Counted from the first letter of the stretch, positions 16,179 to 26,136 are shown. The stretch: 64,000 nucleotides of DNA from Candidatus Omnitrophota bacterium (GCA_037131245.1 JBAXRK010000007.1:7226-71225), one strand, 5' to 3'. The notes: generated by a model from the letters alone, not told the origin. Numbers and translations are program-made.

Positions 16179-16571
16179 ATGGGAAGTTTGAACAAAGTCC
16201 TGTTGATGGGCAATCTTACCAAGGATCCTGAATTACGGTACACGCCCAAGGGGACGGCGGTGGCTAATATTCGCGTCGCGGCCAGTCGGAAGTTCAGGGA
16301 CCGGTCGGGCGAATGGAGAGAAGAAACCTGTTTTGTTAATGTGGTCGCCTGGGATAAGCAGGCGGAATATAGTACCGGGCATCTGAAGAAAGGGTGCAAG
16401 GTCTTTATAGAGGGCATCCTGCAGTCGCGCTCGTGGGATTCACCCGATGGTCAAAAGCGCAGCGTCGTTGAGGTCCGCGCGGAACTTATACAGGATCTGA
16501 GCGTTGAAGGCGCCCAGAAGGCGGCAGATGAAGCCGCTCCGGCGGCGGAAAATATTGTTTGGGAAGAATAA
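16179..16571 (+). CDS. ssb: Single-stranded DNA-binding protein
   Basis: The OB-fold N-terminus is LNKVLLMGNLTKDPELRYTPKGTAVANIRVA. The C-terminus ends AAENIVWEE rather than the usual DDDIPF-type tip. Confidence 0.85.
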   Translation: MGSLNKVLLMGNLTKDPELRYTPKGTAVANIRVAASRKFRDRSGEWREETCFVNVVAWDKQAEYSTGHLKKGCKVFIEGILQSRSWDSPDGQKRSVVEVRAELIQDLSVEGAQKAADEAAPAAENIVWEE

Positions 16572-16608
16572 AGTAAAAGTTTTTGAAAAATTTTAAAAGG
16601 AGGCACCG

Positions 16609-16932
16609 TTGGAAAAGAGACCGATGAAGCGTTCAAACAGCAGGGATGACAAAGGCGGCAGAGAGCATGGCGGCGGTAAGGATGCTAAAGGTAAAGGTAA
16701 GGACGCGCGTCCTCGCCGGGTCCTGCGGACACCCCGCATTCAGATCGACCTGCCGGAAGTCATCGATTATAAGGATATTGTGCTCCTTAAGAAATTTCTC
16801 ACGGATCGCGGTAAGTTGATGCCGCGCCGTTTCACCGGCGTTTCGGCCAGAAATCAGCGCCTGGTGGCAGTAGCGATCAAACGGGCAAGGTTCTTAGGGT
16901 TACTCTCAAGCGGATCAGCGAAAAGGAAGTAA
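16609..16932 (+). CDS. rpsR: Ribosomal protein S18 with basic/Gly-rich N-terminal extension
   Basis: The core is [43 protein letters not shown]. The TTG start lies 5 nt after AAGGAGG. Confidence 0.85.
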   Translation: MEKRPMKRSNSRDDKGGREHGGGKDAKGKGKDARPRRVLRTPRIQIDLPEVIDYKDIVLLKKFLTDRGKLMPRRFTGVSARNQRLVAVAIKRARFLGLLSSGSAKRK

Positions 16933-16935
16933 ACG

Positions 16936-17379
16936 ATGGAAGTCATTCTCTGCCATGATATGGCCAATTTAGGTAAAACCGGTGATGTGGTGAAGGTCAA
17001 GGACGGCTATGCCCGTAACTTTCTGTTCCCCCGCAACCAGGCACTCGCCGCGACCAAGGCGAACCTCAAGCGGATCGAGGCGCAGAAAGCCAAGCAGGCC
17101 GCGATCGACCTGAAGATCAAGAACGAGGCGCTTACGCTGGCCGAGAAGATCGGCAAGGTTTCCGTGACGTTGACCGTTGAGGTCAATGACCAGGAAAAGC
17201 TTTACGGCGCTGTTGCCGAGACCGACATCCTGCGCGCGCTCGAGCAGGAAGGGTTTAAGTACGAACGCAAGGATCTTGTGATCGAGAAGGCCGTGGAAGA
17301 GCTCGGCATTTTCGAGATCGGGGTTAAACTTCATCCGGAAGTCACGGCTAAGTTCCGGTTATGGGTAACGAAGAAATAA
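16936..17379 (+). CDS. rplI: Ribosomal protein L9
   Basis: The product begins MEVILCHDMANLGKTGDVVKVKDGYARNFLFP. The position is conserved. Confidence 0.9.
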   Translation: MEVILCHDMANLGKTGDVVKVKDGYARNFLFPRNQALAATKANLKRIEAQKAKQAAIDLKIKNEALTLAEKIGKVSVTLTVEVNDQEKLYGAVAETDILRALEQEGFKYERKDLVIEKAVEELGIFEIGVKLHPEVTAKFRLWVTKK

Positions 17380-18698
17380 AACTTCCGCCGCAGAACCTTG
17401 AGGCCGAAAAGGCTGTTCTGGGCGCGATGCTTATTGATGAAGATGCTATCGGGGCGGTGATCGAACGCCTCGATAGCTCTTTTTTTTATAGCGCGGCGCA
17501 TCAGCGGATCTTTGACGGCATTAAGGGCCTTTACGCGGACCGCCGCAATGTTGACATTATTACCCTTTCCGACCGGCTTAAATCGGAGGGGGCGCTTGAG
17601 GTTGTGGGCGGCGCTACCTACCTGACCGAACTGGCCGATTCCGTCCCGACCGCCGCCAATGTCCTGCATTACGCGGATATCGTTAAGGAAAAAGGCGTCC
17701 GCCGCAAGCTGATCCGCAATGCCACCGAGATCGTCACTCAGAGTTTTAGTACGGAAAAAGGCGTTGAGGAGTTGGTTGACGAGGCCGAGCGCCTGATCTT
17801 CGAGATAGCTTCTTCCAATGAAAAACAGCAGGCGTCTTCCGTTCGCGATATTGTCAAGGACGCGATGGCCAAGATCGACCTGTTATACCGGCGCAAAGAA
17901 ACGGTGACCGGCGTGCCGACAGGCTTTTACGAGCTTGATAAAATGACGTCCGGTTTGCAGCCGTCGGACCTGGTGATCATCGCGGCGCGGCCTTCGATGG
18001 GTAAAAGTGCCCTGGCCAGCGCTATTGCCGAGAATGCGTCGATCATTAAGGGGCTGCCGGTAGCTTTTTTCAGCCTGGAGATGTCCAAAGAACAGCTGGT
18101 GATGCGCATGCTCTGTGGGCAGGCGAGGGTGGATGCATCCAAGGTACGGACCGGCATGTTATCACCATCGGACTGGCCGCTGCTGACGGGGGCTTCGTCC
18201 AAGCTGTCCAAGATCAAATATTTTATTGACGACACGCCCGCCATTTCGCCGTTGGAGCTCCGGGCGAAAGCCAGGCGGCTCAAATCCCAGCATGATATTA
18301 AAATGATCGTGATCGATTATATGCAGCTGATGCGGGGCAATTCGAAGTTTGAGAACCGCCAGCAGGAGATCTCGGAGATCTCCCGGTCGCTTAAGGCCCT
18401 GGCCCGCGAGCTTTCCGTGCCGGTCATCGCGCTCAGCCAGCTGAACCGGGCCGTCGAAGGGCGTACCGACCGTAAACCGCAGCTTTCCGACCTGCGGGAA
18501 TCCGGCGCGATCGAGCAGGACGCCGACGTGGTCATTCTTTTGACGCGTGATGAGATGTACGAGGCTAAGCCCGAGAATATTGGTTTGGCCGATATCATCA
18601 TTGCCAAGCAGCGCAATGGCCCGACGGGGTCTTTCAAGGTGAGGTTTTCCAGGGAGTATGTTCGTTTTGAGAATTTGGACCTGGCCCACGCGGAATAA
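17361..18698 (+). CDS. dnaB: Replicative DNA helicase
   Basis: Features are PPQNLEAEKAVLGAML, the Walker A ARPSMGKS, and the DnaB C-terminal RecA-like domain motifs. Confidence 0.9.
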   Translation: MGNEEIKLPPQNLEAEKAVLGAMLIDEDAIGAVIERLDSSFFYSAAHQRIFDGIKGLYADRRNVDIITLSDRLKSEGALEVVGGATYLTELADSVPTAANVLHYADIVKEKGVRRKLIRNATEIVTQSFSTEKGVEELVDEAERLIFEIASSNEKQQASSVRDIVKDAMAKIDLLYRRKETVTGVPTGFYELDKMTSGLQPSDLVIIAARPSMGKSALASAIAENASIIKGLPVAFFSLEMSKEQLVMRMLCGQARVDASKVRTGMLSPSDWPLLTGASSKLSKIKYFIDDTPAISPLELRAKARRLKSQHDIKMIVIDYMQLMRGNSKFENRQQEISEISRSLKALARELSVPVIALSQLNRAVEGRTDRKPQLSDLRESGAIEQDADVVILLTRDEMYEAKPENIGLADIIIAKQRNGPTGSFKVRFSREYVRFENLDLAHAE

Positions 18699-18711
18699 AA
18701 TGGCTTAACTC

Positions 18712-18740
18712 TTTACAGCCCGTTATAAGGAAAGTATAAT
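18712..18740 (+). promoter_or_regulatory. Sigma70-like promoter TTTACA-N17-TATAAT ending 7 nt before the bamA ATG
   Basis: The hexamers are at 18712-18717 and 18735-18740. No Shine-Dalgarno sequence lies between the -10 and ATG 18748. Confidence 0.5.
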
Positions 18741-18747
18741 CACCCCT

Positions 18748-21177
18748 ATGAAAAAAACCATCCTACTCCCTTTCATTGTTACAGGCTTTGTTCTTTCCAT
18801 CGGGTCTTTGGCTATGGCCGAGGATATGTCCGGCAACACGGTCGCTAAAGAGGCGGATGTTGCCGCCACGCTTGACGCGGTCGAGATGAACGCGCCGGTG
18901 GCTGTACCCGCGGCTGAGCCCGCTCCGGCCGCGCCACCCTCTGAGGATGCGATGGCCGGCAAGCAGGTGGCAGCCATTGATATTCAGGGTAATAAGAGCA
19001 TCGGGGTCGCCACGATCCTGGCCAAGATCAAGACGCGCGTTGGCCAGGAATACCGCCAGAACGTTATTTCGGATGACCTCAAGCGTTTGTACAATACCGG
19101 CTACTTTTCTGATGTCCGGGTCGATCGCAAGGAAGAGGCGGCGGGCCTGAAAGTGATCATTATCCTGGAAGAGAAGCCGATCGTTGATGAGATCACTTTT
19201 TCGAAGATCAAGTATTTTAACAAGAAGGTGATCCTCTCCAAGATCAAGATACAGAGCGGCAAGTTCCTGGACAAGAAGTCCCTTAATGACGACATTAATA
19301 CTATTGAAGAGATGTACGCCAAGAAAGGCCTGACGCAGGTCAAGGTTGATGTCGAGCAGTTCGTGGATGCGGCGACCAATAAAGCGTCACTGCATTTTAT
19401 TATCCGTGAAGGCTACCGGGTCAAGATCAGGAAGATCAAGGTCCTTGGTAACCTGGCCTATAACGACGACAAAGTCATCAAGGCGATGAAGTCCCGTTCG
19501 GCCTGGTTGTTCAATTCCGGTTTTCTTAAGGAAGATGTTCTGACTGAAGATATGGACCGCATCGCCGCTTTTTACGAGAAGAACGGCTATATTGATGCCA
19601 AAGCCACCTATACGGTCGAGCAGTTACAGCATGGCCTGGTGAATGTGGATGTGACCGTTGAAGAGGGCAAGCGGTATTATGTCGGGGATATCCAGTTCAA
19701 GGGTAATGTGGTTTTGACTGAGCCGGAAGTGGCCGGTGCCATGAAGGATATTAAGAGGGGAAAGATCTTCTCCAAGGCGAAATTGGCCGATGATGTGGCC
19801 AATATCAAGTCGCTGTATTTTGACCGTGGCTATATCTTTGCCAAAGTTGAGGAGTCAACCTCCCTGAACCCCGGGGACGGGAAAGTAGACCTTAAGCTCG
19901 ACATCGTTGAGGGCGGGGTGGCTTACATTAACAAGATCAAGATCCAGGGGAATACGCAGACGCGGGATATTGTTATCCGCCGTGAACTGCGGATGTATCC
20001 GGGCGATCAGTTTGACGGCGTCAAACTGCGCCGCAGCAAAGAGCGCCTGAATAACCTGGGGTATTTTGAAGACGTCGGCTTTGACATCGAGGATACGGAA
20101 ACGCCCGACCAGAAAGACCTGGTGGTCGATGTCAAGGAAGCCAAAACGGGCAGTTTCAGTTTTGGCGGCGGGTACAGCACCGTCGACCAGCTGATCGGTT
20201 TCGTCGAACTTGACCAGAAGAACTTCGATTTTTCGAACTGGCCGAGCTTTACCGGCGGTGGTCAGCGGGTGACGGCCCGGGCTGAAGTGGGCTCAAGCCG
20301 CAATAATATCCTGCTCTCCTTTACGGAGCCCTGGATGTTCGATTATCCTGTTTCCGGTGGATTCGATCTTTACCGTTCGCAGTATAACCGTTCGAGCAGC
20401 ACGGGTTATGCTTACGACCAGACGCGCATCGGCGGCAAGTTGCGCGCGGGCAAAGAGTTGTCCGAATATGTTTCTACGGCCGGGTATTACCGTCTGGAAA
20501 GCGTCGATATCAGCAACATGGAAGATAATGTGTCGGCTGACCTTAAAGACGAACAGGGCAAGAGCAATCTGAGCGTGTTCGGCGCTTCGGTTTCCAATGA
20601 TCATCGCGACAGCACCATTTCGCCTACCAAGGGCTGGTTGGTTTCTGCCGCGGGCGACCTGGCAGGCGGGCCGGTCGGCGGGACCAAGGACTTCTATCGC
20701 CTGGAGACGAATGGTTCCTACTATATCCCCTTGCGTTTTAACTCGGTGGTGGAGTTCTCCGGCCGGTTGGGGATGGTGACGTCCTATGGTAAATCCAGCA
20801 AGGTGCCGATATTCGAGCGTTATTTCGCGGGTGGCGCCCGCACGATCCGCGGGTACAGCGAGCGCGCTGTTGGCCCCATTGACCCGGGTAATAGCGACCC
20901 GATCGGCGGCGAGGGCATCATGTTGGGCAGCGTTGAGTACACGATCCCGCTTATTGACGTGATCAAGTTCGCCACGTTCTTTGATTCCGGGACGGTGTCG
21001 GCGAAGTACGGCGACGTGCTTTCTGAAAAGCTTTACTCCGGGACCGGTATCGGTTTCCGTGTTAAAACGCCCATTGGCCCGATGAACCTTGATTACGGTA
21101 TTCCCTTGAATACCGAACCGGGGCAATCTTCGCGTTCAAGCGGGAAGTTCTATTTCAGCGTTAGTAGAGGATTTTGA
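18748..21177 (+). CDS. bamA: Outer membrane protein assembly factor BamA
   Basis: It has a signal peptide, POTRA-type repeats and a C-terminal Omp85 barrel ending FYFSVSRGF. It is followed by skp and lpxD. Confidence 0.9.
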   Translation: MKKTILLPFIVTGFVLSIGSLAMAEDMSGNTVAKEADVAATLDAVEMNAPVAVPAAEPAPAAPPSEDAMAGKQVAAIDIQGNKSIGVATILAKIKTRVGQEYRQNVISDDLKRLYNTGYFSDVRVDRKEEAAGLKVIIILEEKPIVDEITFSKIKYFNKKVILSKIKIQSGKFLDKKSLNDDINTIEEMYAKKGLTQVKVDVEQFVDAATNKASLHFIIREGYRVKIRKIKVLGNLAYNDDKVIKAMKSRSAWLFNSGFLKEDVLTEDMDRIAAFYEKNGYIDAKATYTVEQLQHGLVNVDVTVEEGKRYYVGDIQFKGNVVLTEPEVAGAMKDIKRGKIFSKAKLADDVANIKSLYFDRGYIFAKVEESTSLNPGDGKVDLKLDIVEGGVAYINKIKIQGNTQTRDIVIRRELRMYPGDQFDGVKLRRSKERLNNLGYFEDVGFDIEDTETPDQKDLVVDVKEAKTGSFSFGGGYSTVDQLIGFVELDQKNFDFSNWPSFTGGGQRVTARAEVGSSRNNILLSFTEPWMFDYPVSGGFDLYRSQYNRSSSTGYAYDQTRIGGKLRAGKELSEYVSTAGYYRLESVDISNMEDNVSADLKDEQGKSNLSVFGASVSNDHRDSTISPTKGWLVSAAGDLAGGPVGGTKDFYRLETNGSYYIPLRFNSVVEFSGRLGMVTSYGKSSKVPIFERYFAGGARTIRGYSERAVGPIDPGNSDPIGGEGIMLGSVEYTIPLIDVIKFATFFDSGTVSAKYGDVLSEKLYSGTGIGFRVKTPIGPMNLDYGIPLNTEPGQSSRSSGKFYFSVSRGF

Positions 21178-21201
21178 TTTCTCAAGGATTCTTGAGAAAT
21201 C
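21176..21201 (+). other. Perfect 11-bp stem-loop directly after the bamA stop (GATTTCTCAAG-GATT-CTTGAGAAATC)
   Basis: The arms were read directly. There is no following T-run, so it is probably an mRNA-stability or attenuation hairpin rather than a full terminator. Confidence 0.45.
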
Positions 21202-21286
21202 ATCCCTGAGCTGCCTGATGGCCATTAGGCCATCGGGGCGAAGGGATTTCCTTACAAAAAGAAACGATAAAAAACGGGAGGGTTTT

Positions 21287-21805
21287 ATGAAGTTCATCAA
21301 GATGTTGGCTTTAGCTGTTGTGTTCGTGTTCGTGGCATCCACCTTCGCTCGCGCCGAGGAATTGAAGTTCGCTTACGTTGATCTGGCAAAATTGTTCGAT
21401 CAGTACGATCGCACCAAGGAATACGATAAGGTGCTCGAAGGGGAGAACAACAAGTTCCAGGAAGAGCGCAACAAAAAGATCGAGAAGATCCGTGATATGC
21501 AGGGCAAAGCGGCGATGCTCAAGGATGACGCCAAGGCGAAGAACGACAAGGATATCGAAGCGCTCAAGAACGAGATCCTGGAGTTCGACCGCACCAAACG
21601 GACCGACCTCACCAAGGCTCGCGACGAGAAAGTACGCGAGATCCTGCTGGAGATCGAAAAGACCGTCAGCGAATACGCCAAGGCGCAGAACATTACGTTC
21701 GTCCTTAATGACCGGGTCCTGATCTACGGGAAAGATACGCTTAACATTACCGACCCGATCCTCAAGACGCTCAATGACAACTACGCCAAGCCGGCGAAAA
21801 AGTAA
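21287..21805 (+). CDS. skp: OmpH/Skp periplasmic chaperone
   Basis: The internal ATG 21287 gives the signal peptide MKFIKMLALAVVFVFVAS. The body is a Lys/Glu-rich coiled coil. It sits between bamA and lpxD. Confidence 0.8.
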   Translation: MKFIKMLALAVVFVFVASTFARAEELKFAYVDLAKLFDQYDRTKEYDKVLEGENNKFQEERNKKIEKIRDMQGKAAMLKDDAKAKNDKDIEALKNEILEFDRTKRTDLTKARDEKVREILLEIEKTVSEYAKAQNITFVLNDRVLIYGKDTLNITDPILKTLNDNYAKPAKK

Positions 21806-21808
21806 GCC

Positions 21809-22849
21809 ATGCGCCAAACCCTGAACGAGATCGCTCAGCTGGTTGGCGGCAGGCTTGTTGGTGACGGGGGGATGGTCATTACCGGGGTCTCCGGCATCAA
21901 GGAGGCTGTGCCTGGCGACCTGACTTTCCTGGCTAATCTGAAATACCTGCCTTTAGCTTCGTCCACTCAAGCTTCAGCGATCATTGTTGGCCGCGATGTG
22001 CTTATCAGCGGGAAAGCGGTCATTCAGGCCGATAATCCTTCGATGGCCTTCGCCAGGGTCGTTGGCATGATCAAAGAGAATTTAACGCCGCGGATCTCGG
22101 GTATCCACCCGACCGCGGTCGTTGCCTCCGATGCTGTTTTGGGGGAGGGCGTTGGTATCGGACCGCACGTGGTGATCGAAAGCGGCGTCCGTATTGGCAA
22201 GAACAGCCTTATTTGCGCGGGTGTTTTCGTCGGTCAAAAGTCCTTGCTGGGGGATAATGTCCTTATTTATCCGAATGTGACCATCCGCGAGGATGTGTCC
22301 ATTGGTAACCGGGTCATTATCCACAGCGGTACGGTCATTGGTTCCGACGGTTTTGGTTATCTTCAGGTGGGGGACCGTCACGAGAAGATCCCTCAGATGG
22401 GGACGGTGGTCGTTGAGGATGATGTTGAGATCGGCGCCTGTGTGACGGTCGATCGCGCGCGGTTCGATAAAACACTGATCGGCCGCGGCACCAAGATCGA
22501 TAATCTGGTGCAGATCGCGCATAATGTCCGCATTGGTGAGAATTGCCTGATCATTGCCTTGGCCGGGATCGCGGGGAGTGCCACCATAGGCAATAACGCG
22601 ATCATTGCCGGTCAGGTGGGTGTGGCCGGGCATGTGACCGTTGGTGAACGGGCGGTGGTCGCCGCGCAGTCGGGGATCACCAAAGATGTCGAGCCGCAAG
22701 CGAAGATGTTCGGCACACCCGCCGAAGAATATTCCAAGGCGACTCGCGTGATGGCGCATGTTAAACGCCTGCCGCGTTACGCCGATGAGCTTAAGGAGCT
22801 TAGGCAGAGAATTCAGCAATTGGAAGAAAGATCAGGGAAGGGCGCGTAA
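21809..22849 (+). CDS. lpxD: UDP-3-O-acylglucosamine N-acyltransferase
   Basis: It has hexapeptide repeats and the LpxD N-terminal domain. The operon context supports the call. Confidence 0.9.
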   Translation: MRQTLNEIAQLVGGRLVGDGGMVITGVSGIKEAVPGDLTFLANLKYLPLASSTQASAIIVGRDVLISGKAVIQADNPSMAFARVVGMIKENLTPRISGIHPTAVVASDAVLGEGVGIGPHVVIESGVRIGKNSLICAGVFVGQKSLLGDNVLIYPNVTIREDVSIGNRVIIHSGTVIGSDGFGYLQVGDRHEKIPQMGTVVVEDDVEIGACVTVDRARFDKTLIGRGTKIDNLVQIAHNVRIGENCLIIALAGIAGSATIGNNAIIAGQVGVAGHVTVGERAVVAAQSGITKDVEPQAKMFGTPAEEYSKATRVMAHVKRLPRYADELKELRQRIQQLEERSGKGA

Positions 22850-24165
22850 TGTTGTTGAAACAGAGGACCATTGCTCAAGAGGTTAAGGTGTCCGGGGCCG
22901 GTTTGCATACCGGCCATGTGGTCAATGTGGTCTTCAGGCCCGCCCAAGCTGATGAAGGGATCATTTTTAAGCGCTCTGACCTGCCGGGTAGCCCCGCGGT
23001 CAGGCTGGGAAGCATGTCGGTCATCATCGGCGGTGTTTCCGGGCGTTATTCCGCGGTCAAGATCGGCGAAGGCCAGATCTATACCATCGAGCATATGATG
23101 AGCGCGCTCGCCGGCCTTGGGATCGATAATATTATTATCGACATGGATGGCGATGAGGCTCCCGGCCTTGATGGCAGCGCGATCGAATATATTAAAGCGT
23201 TCAAATCCGCCGGGGTCGTCGACCTGGAGGCGGATAAAAAATATTTTGAGATCAAGGAACCGATCTGCGTTTCCAAGGACGGCGCGTCGGTCATGATCGT
23301 TCCGGCCGATGATTTCAAGGTGTCTTACGCGTTGGAATATGCTCATCCGATGCTTCGTGCCTCGGTCACGTTCGCGTTAACGCCGGAAAATTTTGAGAAA
23401 GAGATCGGCCTATGCCGCACCTTCTGCCTTAAGGATGAAGCGGATGCCTTGAAGGCCAAGGGTTTCGGCCAGGGGGCCACTTACGATAATACGCTGGTCT
23501 TCGGGCCTGAGGGTGTTGTGAAGAACGCCCTGCGTTTTCCCGACGAGCCGGCCCGGCATAAATTGATGGATTGCATCGGCGACCTGTACTTGCTGGGGGT
23601 GCCGTTAAAGGGGCATGTTTTTGCTTTTAAGAGCGGGCATAATCTGAACCGCGACCTGCTTAAGAAGATCGCCGAGCAGAAGGATAAATTCGAAGCGAAA
23701 CGCGAGCAGTTCAAGCTTGAGGTCAAGGAAGGCGCGACGGGGCTCGACGTGCGGGGGATCATGAATATCATCCCGCATCGCTATCCTTTCCTGCTGGTCG
23801 ACCGTATTACCGAGATCGAGCCGGGCAAGCGGGCGGTCGCGATCAAGAATGTCACCATGAACGAAGCGTTCTTTCAGGGGCATTTCCCGGCCCGTCCGGT
23901 CATGCCGGGGGTCCTGATGGTGGAGGCGATGGCGCAGGTGGTTGGCGTCACGATGCTCAGCAATCCGGAACTCCGCGGCAAACTGGCCTTTTTTATGTCG
24001 GTGGATAAAGTTAAATTCCGCAAGGTCATTGAACCGGGCGATCAGGTAGTGATGGAAATTGAAGTGACCAAAGCGCGTTCCCGCATCGCGCAGGCTGCCG
24101 GCGTTTGCAAGGTGGATGGCCAGGTGGTCTGCGAAGCGGAAATGGGTTTTGCTTTCGGGGAATGA
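22849..24165 (+). CDS. Bifunctional UDP-3-O-acyl-GlcNAc deacetylase / 3-hydroxyacyl-ACP dehydratase (LpxC-FabZ fusion)
   Basis: The N-terminal LpxC part has GAGLHTG and HMMSAL. The C-terminal FabZ part has PHRYPFLLVDRI and FFQGHFP..PVMPGVL. Confidence 0.85.
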   Translation: MLLKQRTIAQEVKVSGAGLHTGHVVNVVFRPAQADEGIIFKRSDLPGSPAVRLGSMSVIIGGVSGRYSAVKIGEGQIYTIEHMMSALAGLGIDNIIIDMDGDEAPGLDGSAIEYIKAFKSAGVVDLEADKKYFEIKEPICVSKDGASVMIVPADDFKVSYALEYAHPMLRASVTFALTPENFEKEIGLCRTFCLKDEADALKAKGFGQGATYDNTLVFGPEGVVKNALRFPDEPARHKLMDCIGDLYLLGVPLKGHVFAFKSGHNLNRDLLKKIAEQKDKFEAKREQFKLEVKEGATGLDVRGIMNIIPHRYPFLLVDRITEIEPGKRAVAIKNVTMNEAFFQGHFPARPVMPGVLMVEAMAQVVGVTMLSNPELRGKLAFFMSVDKVKFRKVIEPGDQVVMEIEVTKARSRIAQAAGVCKVDGQVVCEAEMGFAFGE

Positions 24166-24172
24166 GGGAATA

Positions 24173-24982
24173 ATGCCTAATACGATCCACGCTACAGCTA
24201 TTATCGGCCCGGATGTCAAGCTGGGGGAGAATATTATTATCGGGCCTTATGCCGTTATTGAGGGCGAGGTTTCCCTTGGTGATGGCACCGAGGTCGGGGC
24301 GCACGCGGTCGTTTCGGGTTGGACCAAGGTCGGCAAAGGGAACCGCATTTTTCCTCATGCCGCCGTCGGGTTCGATCCGCAGGACAAGAAATACAAGAGG
24401 GGCGACAAAACGTTTCTCGAGGTGTCCGATAACAATATTTTTCGTGAGTTCTGCACGATCCATCGGGGAACGATCGAAGGCAACGGGGTAACGCGCATCG
24501 GCAGCAATAACCTGTTCATGGCGTATTCCCATGTGGCGCATGATTGCGTGGTGGGCAATGGTTGCGTGCTGGCGAATTCGGGCACGCTGGCCGGGCATGT
24601 GACGGTGGAAGATTTTGTGATCGTTGGCGGCCTTTCAGCCGTTCATCAGTTCTGCCGGGTGGGGAAGAATGCCATGATCGGCGGTTGTTCGCGGGTGGTG
24701 CAGGATGTCCCCCCGTATTCGTTGTGCGTCGGCGGGCCGGCCCTGGTTTATAATTTGAACGCGATCGGGTTGCGCCGCGCGGGTGTTACGTCGGATTCGA
24801 TGAAACAACTTAAAGAAGCTTTCCGTATCATGTTCCATTCCGGCCTGGCCAAGAATTCGGCGGTGGAGCAGATCGAACGTGATGTTCAGCTGACGGAACA
24901 TGTTAAGCATCTGCTGGATTTTGCCAAGGCCTCCGAGCGCGGGCTGTGCGGCTCGGTCAAAGAACCTTCCAACGCGGAGTGA
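24173..24982 (+). CDS. lpxA: Acyl-ACP--UDP-N-acetylglucosamine O-acyltransferase
   Basis: The internal ATG 24173 gives MPNTIHATAIIGPDVKLG. It has hexapeptide repeats and the LpxA C-terminal helical domain. Confidence 0.9.
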   Translation: MPNTIHATAIIGPDVKLGENIIIGPYAVIEGEVSLGDGTEVGAHAVVSGWTKVGKGNRIFPHAAVGFDPQDKKYKRGDKTFLEVSDNNIFREFCTIHRGTIEGNGVTRIGSNNLFMAYSHVAHDCVVGNGCVLANSGTLAGHVTVEDFVIVGGLSAVHQFCRVGKNAMIGGCSRVVQDVPPYSLCVGGPALVYNLNAIGLRRAGVTSDSMKQLKEAFRIMFHSGLAKNSAVEQIERDVQLTEHVKHLLDFAKASERGLCGSVKEPSNAE

Positions 24983-25809
24983 TGCCCGTGCCTGCCTCGG
25001 GTTTACCTTCAGTCATAGGCCTTATCGCCGGTAGCGGCCGTTTCCCGATCCTTTTCGCGGAAGCAGCACGGCGCCAGGGCATCAAGGTGATCGTGGCGGC
25101 GTCAAAAGGCGATGCGTCTTTCCTTATCCGTTTTGCCGCCGATGAAGTTCGCTGGTTTTCCTCCGGCCAGTTCAAGGATATGTTCTCTTTCTTCCGTCAG
25201 CGCGGGATCAAGTCGGTCTTGATGGCTGGCCAGATCGATCCGGATACTCTTTTCAATCAGAATTTTAAGGCCGATGATGAGTACAGGGCGGTGTTTGCCG
25301 CGCTCGCCGACCGGCGTTGTGATACCATTTTTGGCGCGGTGGCCGACCGTTTAAAAGCCGAGGGTATGGAGATCCTTGATTCTACCTTGCTGCTCAAAGA
25401 GTTCCTGGCGCCCCGGGGGACGCTTACACGGCGCGCGCCGACCGAGATCGAGTTGGCTGATATTACGTTCGGGTTGGGGATCGCCAAGCAGATCGGCGGC
25501 ATCGATATTGGCCAGACGGTCGTGGTTAAAGGCAAAGCAATTTGCGCGGTCGAGTCCATGGAGGGCACGGACCGTTGTATTTTACGGGGAGGAGCGATCG
25601 CTCGCGGCGGGGCGGTGGTGGTGAAAGCCTCGAAGCCGAATCAGGACAGCCGTTTTGACGTGCCGGTGATCGGGCCGCGCACTATTGCCACGATGGCGAA
25701 GGTCCATGCCGGGTTACTGGCGATCGAGGCCGGGAAAACCCTGATCATCGACCGGGATAAGACCGTGGCGCTCGCCGATCGTCAGGGTATTTCGATCGTT
25801 TCGGCATAA
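24982..25809 (+). CDS. lpxI: UDP-2,3-diacylglucosamine pyrophosphatase LpxI (DUF1009)
   Basis: ATG 24982 overlaps the lpxA TGA. Motifs are IGLIAGSGRFP and the C-terminal FDVPVIGPRTI...AIEAGKTLIIDR. Confidence 0.75.
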   Translation: MPVPASGLPSVIGLIAGSGRFPILFAEAARRQGIKVIVAASKGDASFLIRFAADEVRWFSSGQFKDMFSFFRQRGIKSVLMAGQIDPDTLFNQNFKADDEYRAVFAALADRRCDTIFGAVADRLKAEGMEILDSTLLLKEFLAPRGTLTRRAPTEIELADITFGLGIAKQIGGIDIGQTVVVKGKAICAVESMEGTDRCILRGGAIARGGAVVVKASKPNQDSRFDVPVIGPRTIATMAKVHAGLLAIEAGKTLIIDRDKTVALADRQGISIVSA

Positions 25810-25821
25810 AAGAAATTGTTG

Positions 25822-25850
25822 TTGCGTATTTTCACGCCCGTCACTATAAT
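25822..25850 (+). promoter_or_regulatory. Sigma70-like promoter TTGCGT-N17-TATAAT
   Basis: The hexamers are at 25822-25827 and 25845-25850, upstream of the 63-aa gene. Confidence 0.5.
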
Positions 25851-25923
25851 GCGGGCTTCCAAGTAGAAATTTGTGCGGGGAATGTCCCCGGACTATAGTC
25901 TCTTGGGGAAATAAAGGGGTCAT

Positions 25924-26115
25924 ATGGGTAAGGTTAAGCCGGAAAATGAATGGAAGTTCAAGTGTGCTAATACCGGAAAAGCGATCAAGCGCAAGAAGCG
26001 TTATTATCGTAACGGGAAATATTACGTGACCAAGCAGGCCTGGGCGGCTCAAATGAAGAAGGAAGCCGAAGACAAGGCCAAGAAAGCCGCGGAAGCCGCA
26101 CCGGCCGCAGCGTAA
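25924..26115 (+). CDS. Small lysine-rich protein, unknown function
   Basis: It is 63 aa with its own promoter, an RBS (AAAGGGG) and a terminator hairpin. The C-terminal half is Lys/Ala-rich. Confidence 0.5.
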   Translation: MGKVKPENEWKFKCANTGKAIKRKKRYYRNGKYYVTKQAWAAQMKKEAEDKAKKAAEAAPAAA

Positions 26116-26136
26116 ACGTTAGAGCTTGTTTTTCTG

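Noticed and set aside
20293-21126. 277-aa minus-strand ORF inside bamA
   Set aside because: It is antisense to the Omp85 barrel region of bamA. It has no RBS and no recognisable motif, and its Arg/Gly/Ala-rich composition is typical of a reverse-frame artefact.
22082-23346. 245-aa and 177-aa minus-strand ORFs across lpxD and lpxC
   Set aside because: They are antisense to genes with clear hexapeptide-repeat and LpxC motifs. The repeat periodicity of lpxD keeps the reverse frame open.
22849-24165. LpxC-FabZ fusion as a possible novelty
   Set aside because: The fusion is real in the sequence, but bifunctional LpxC/FabZ proteins are an established architecture in several diderm phyla. It is recorded as a feature only.
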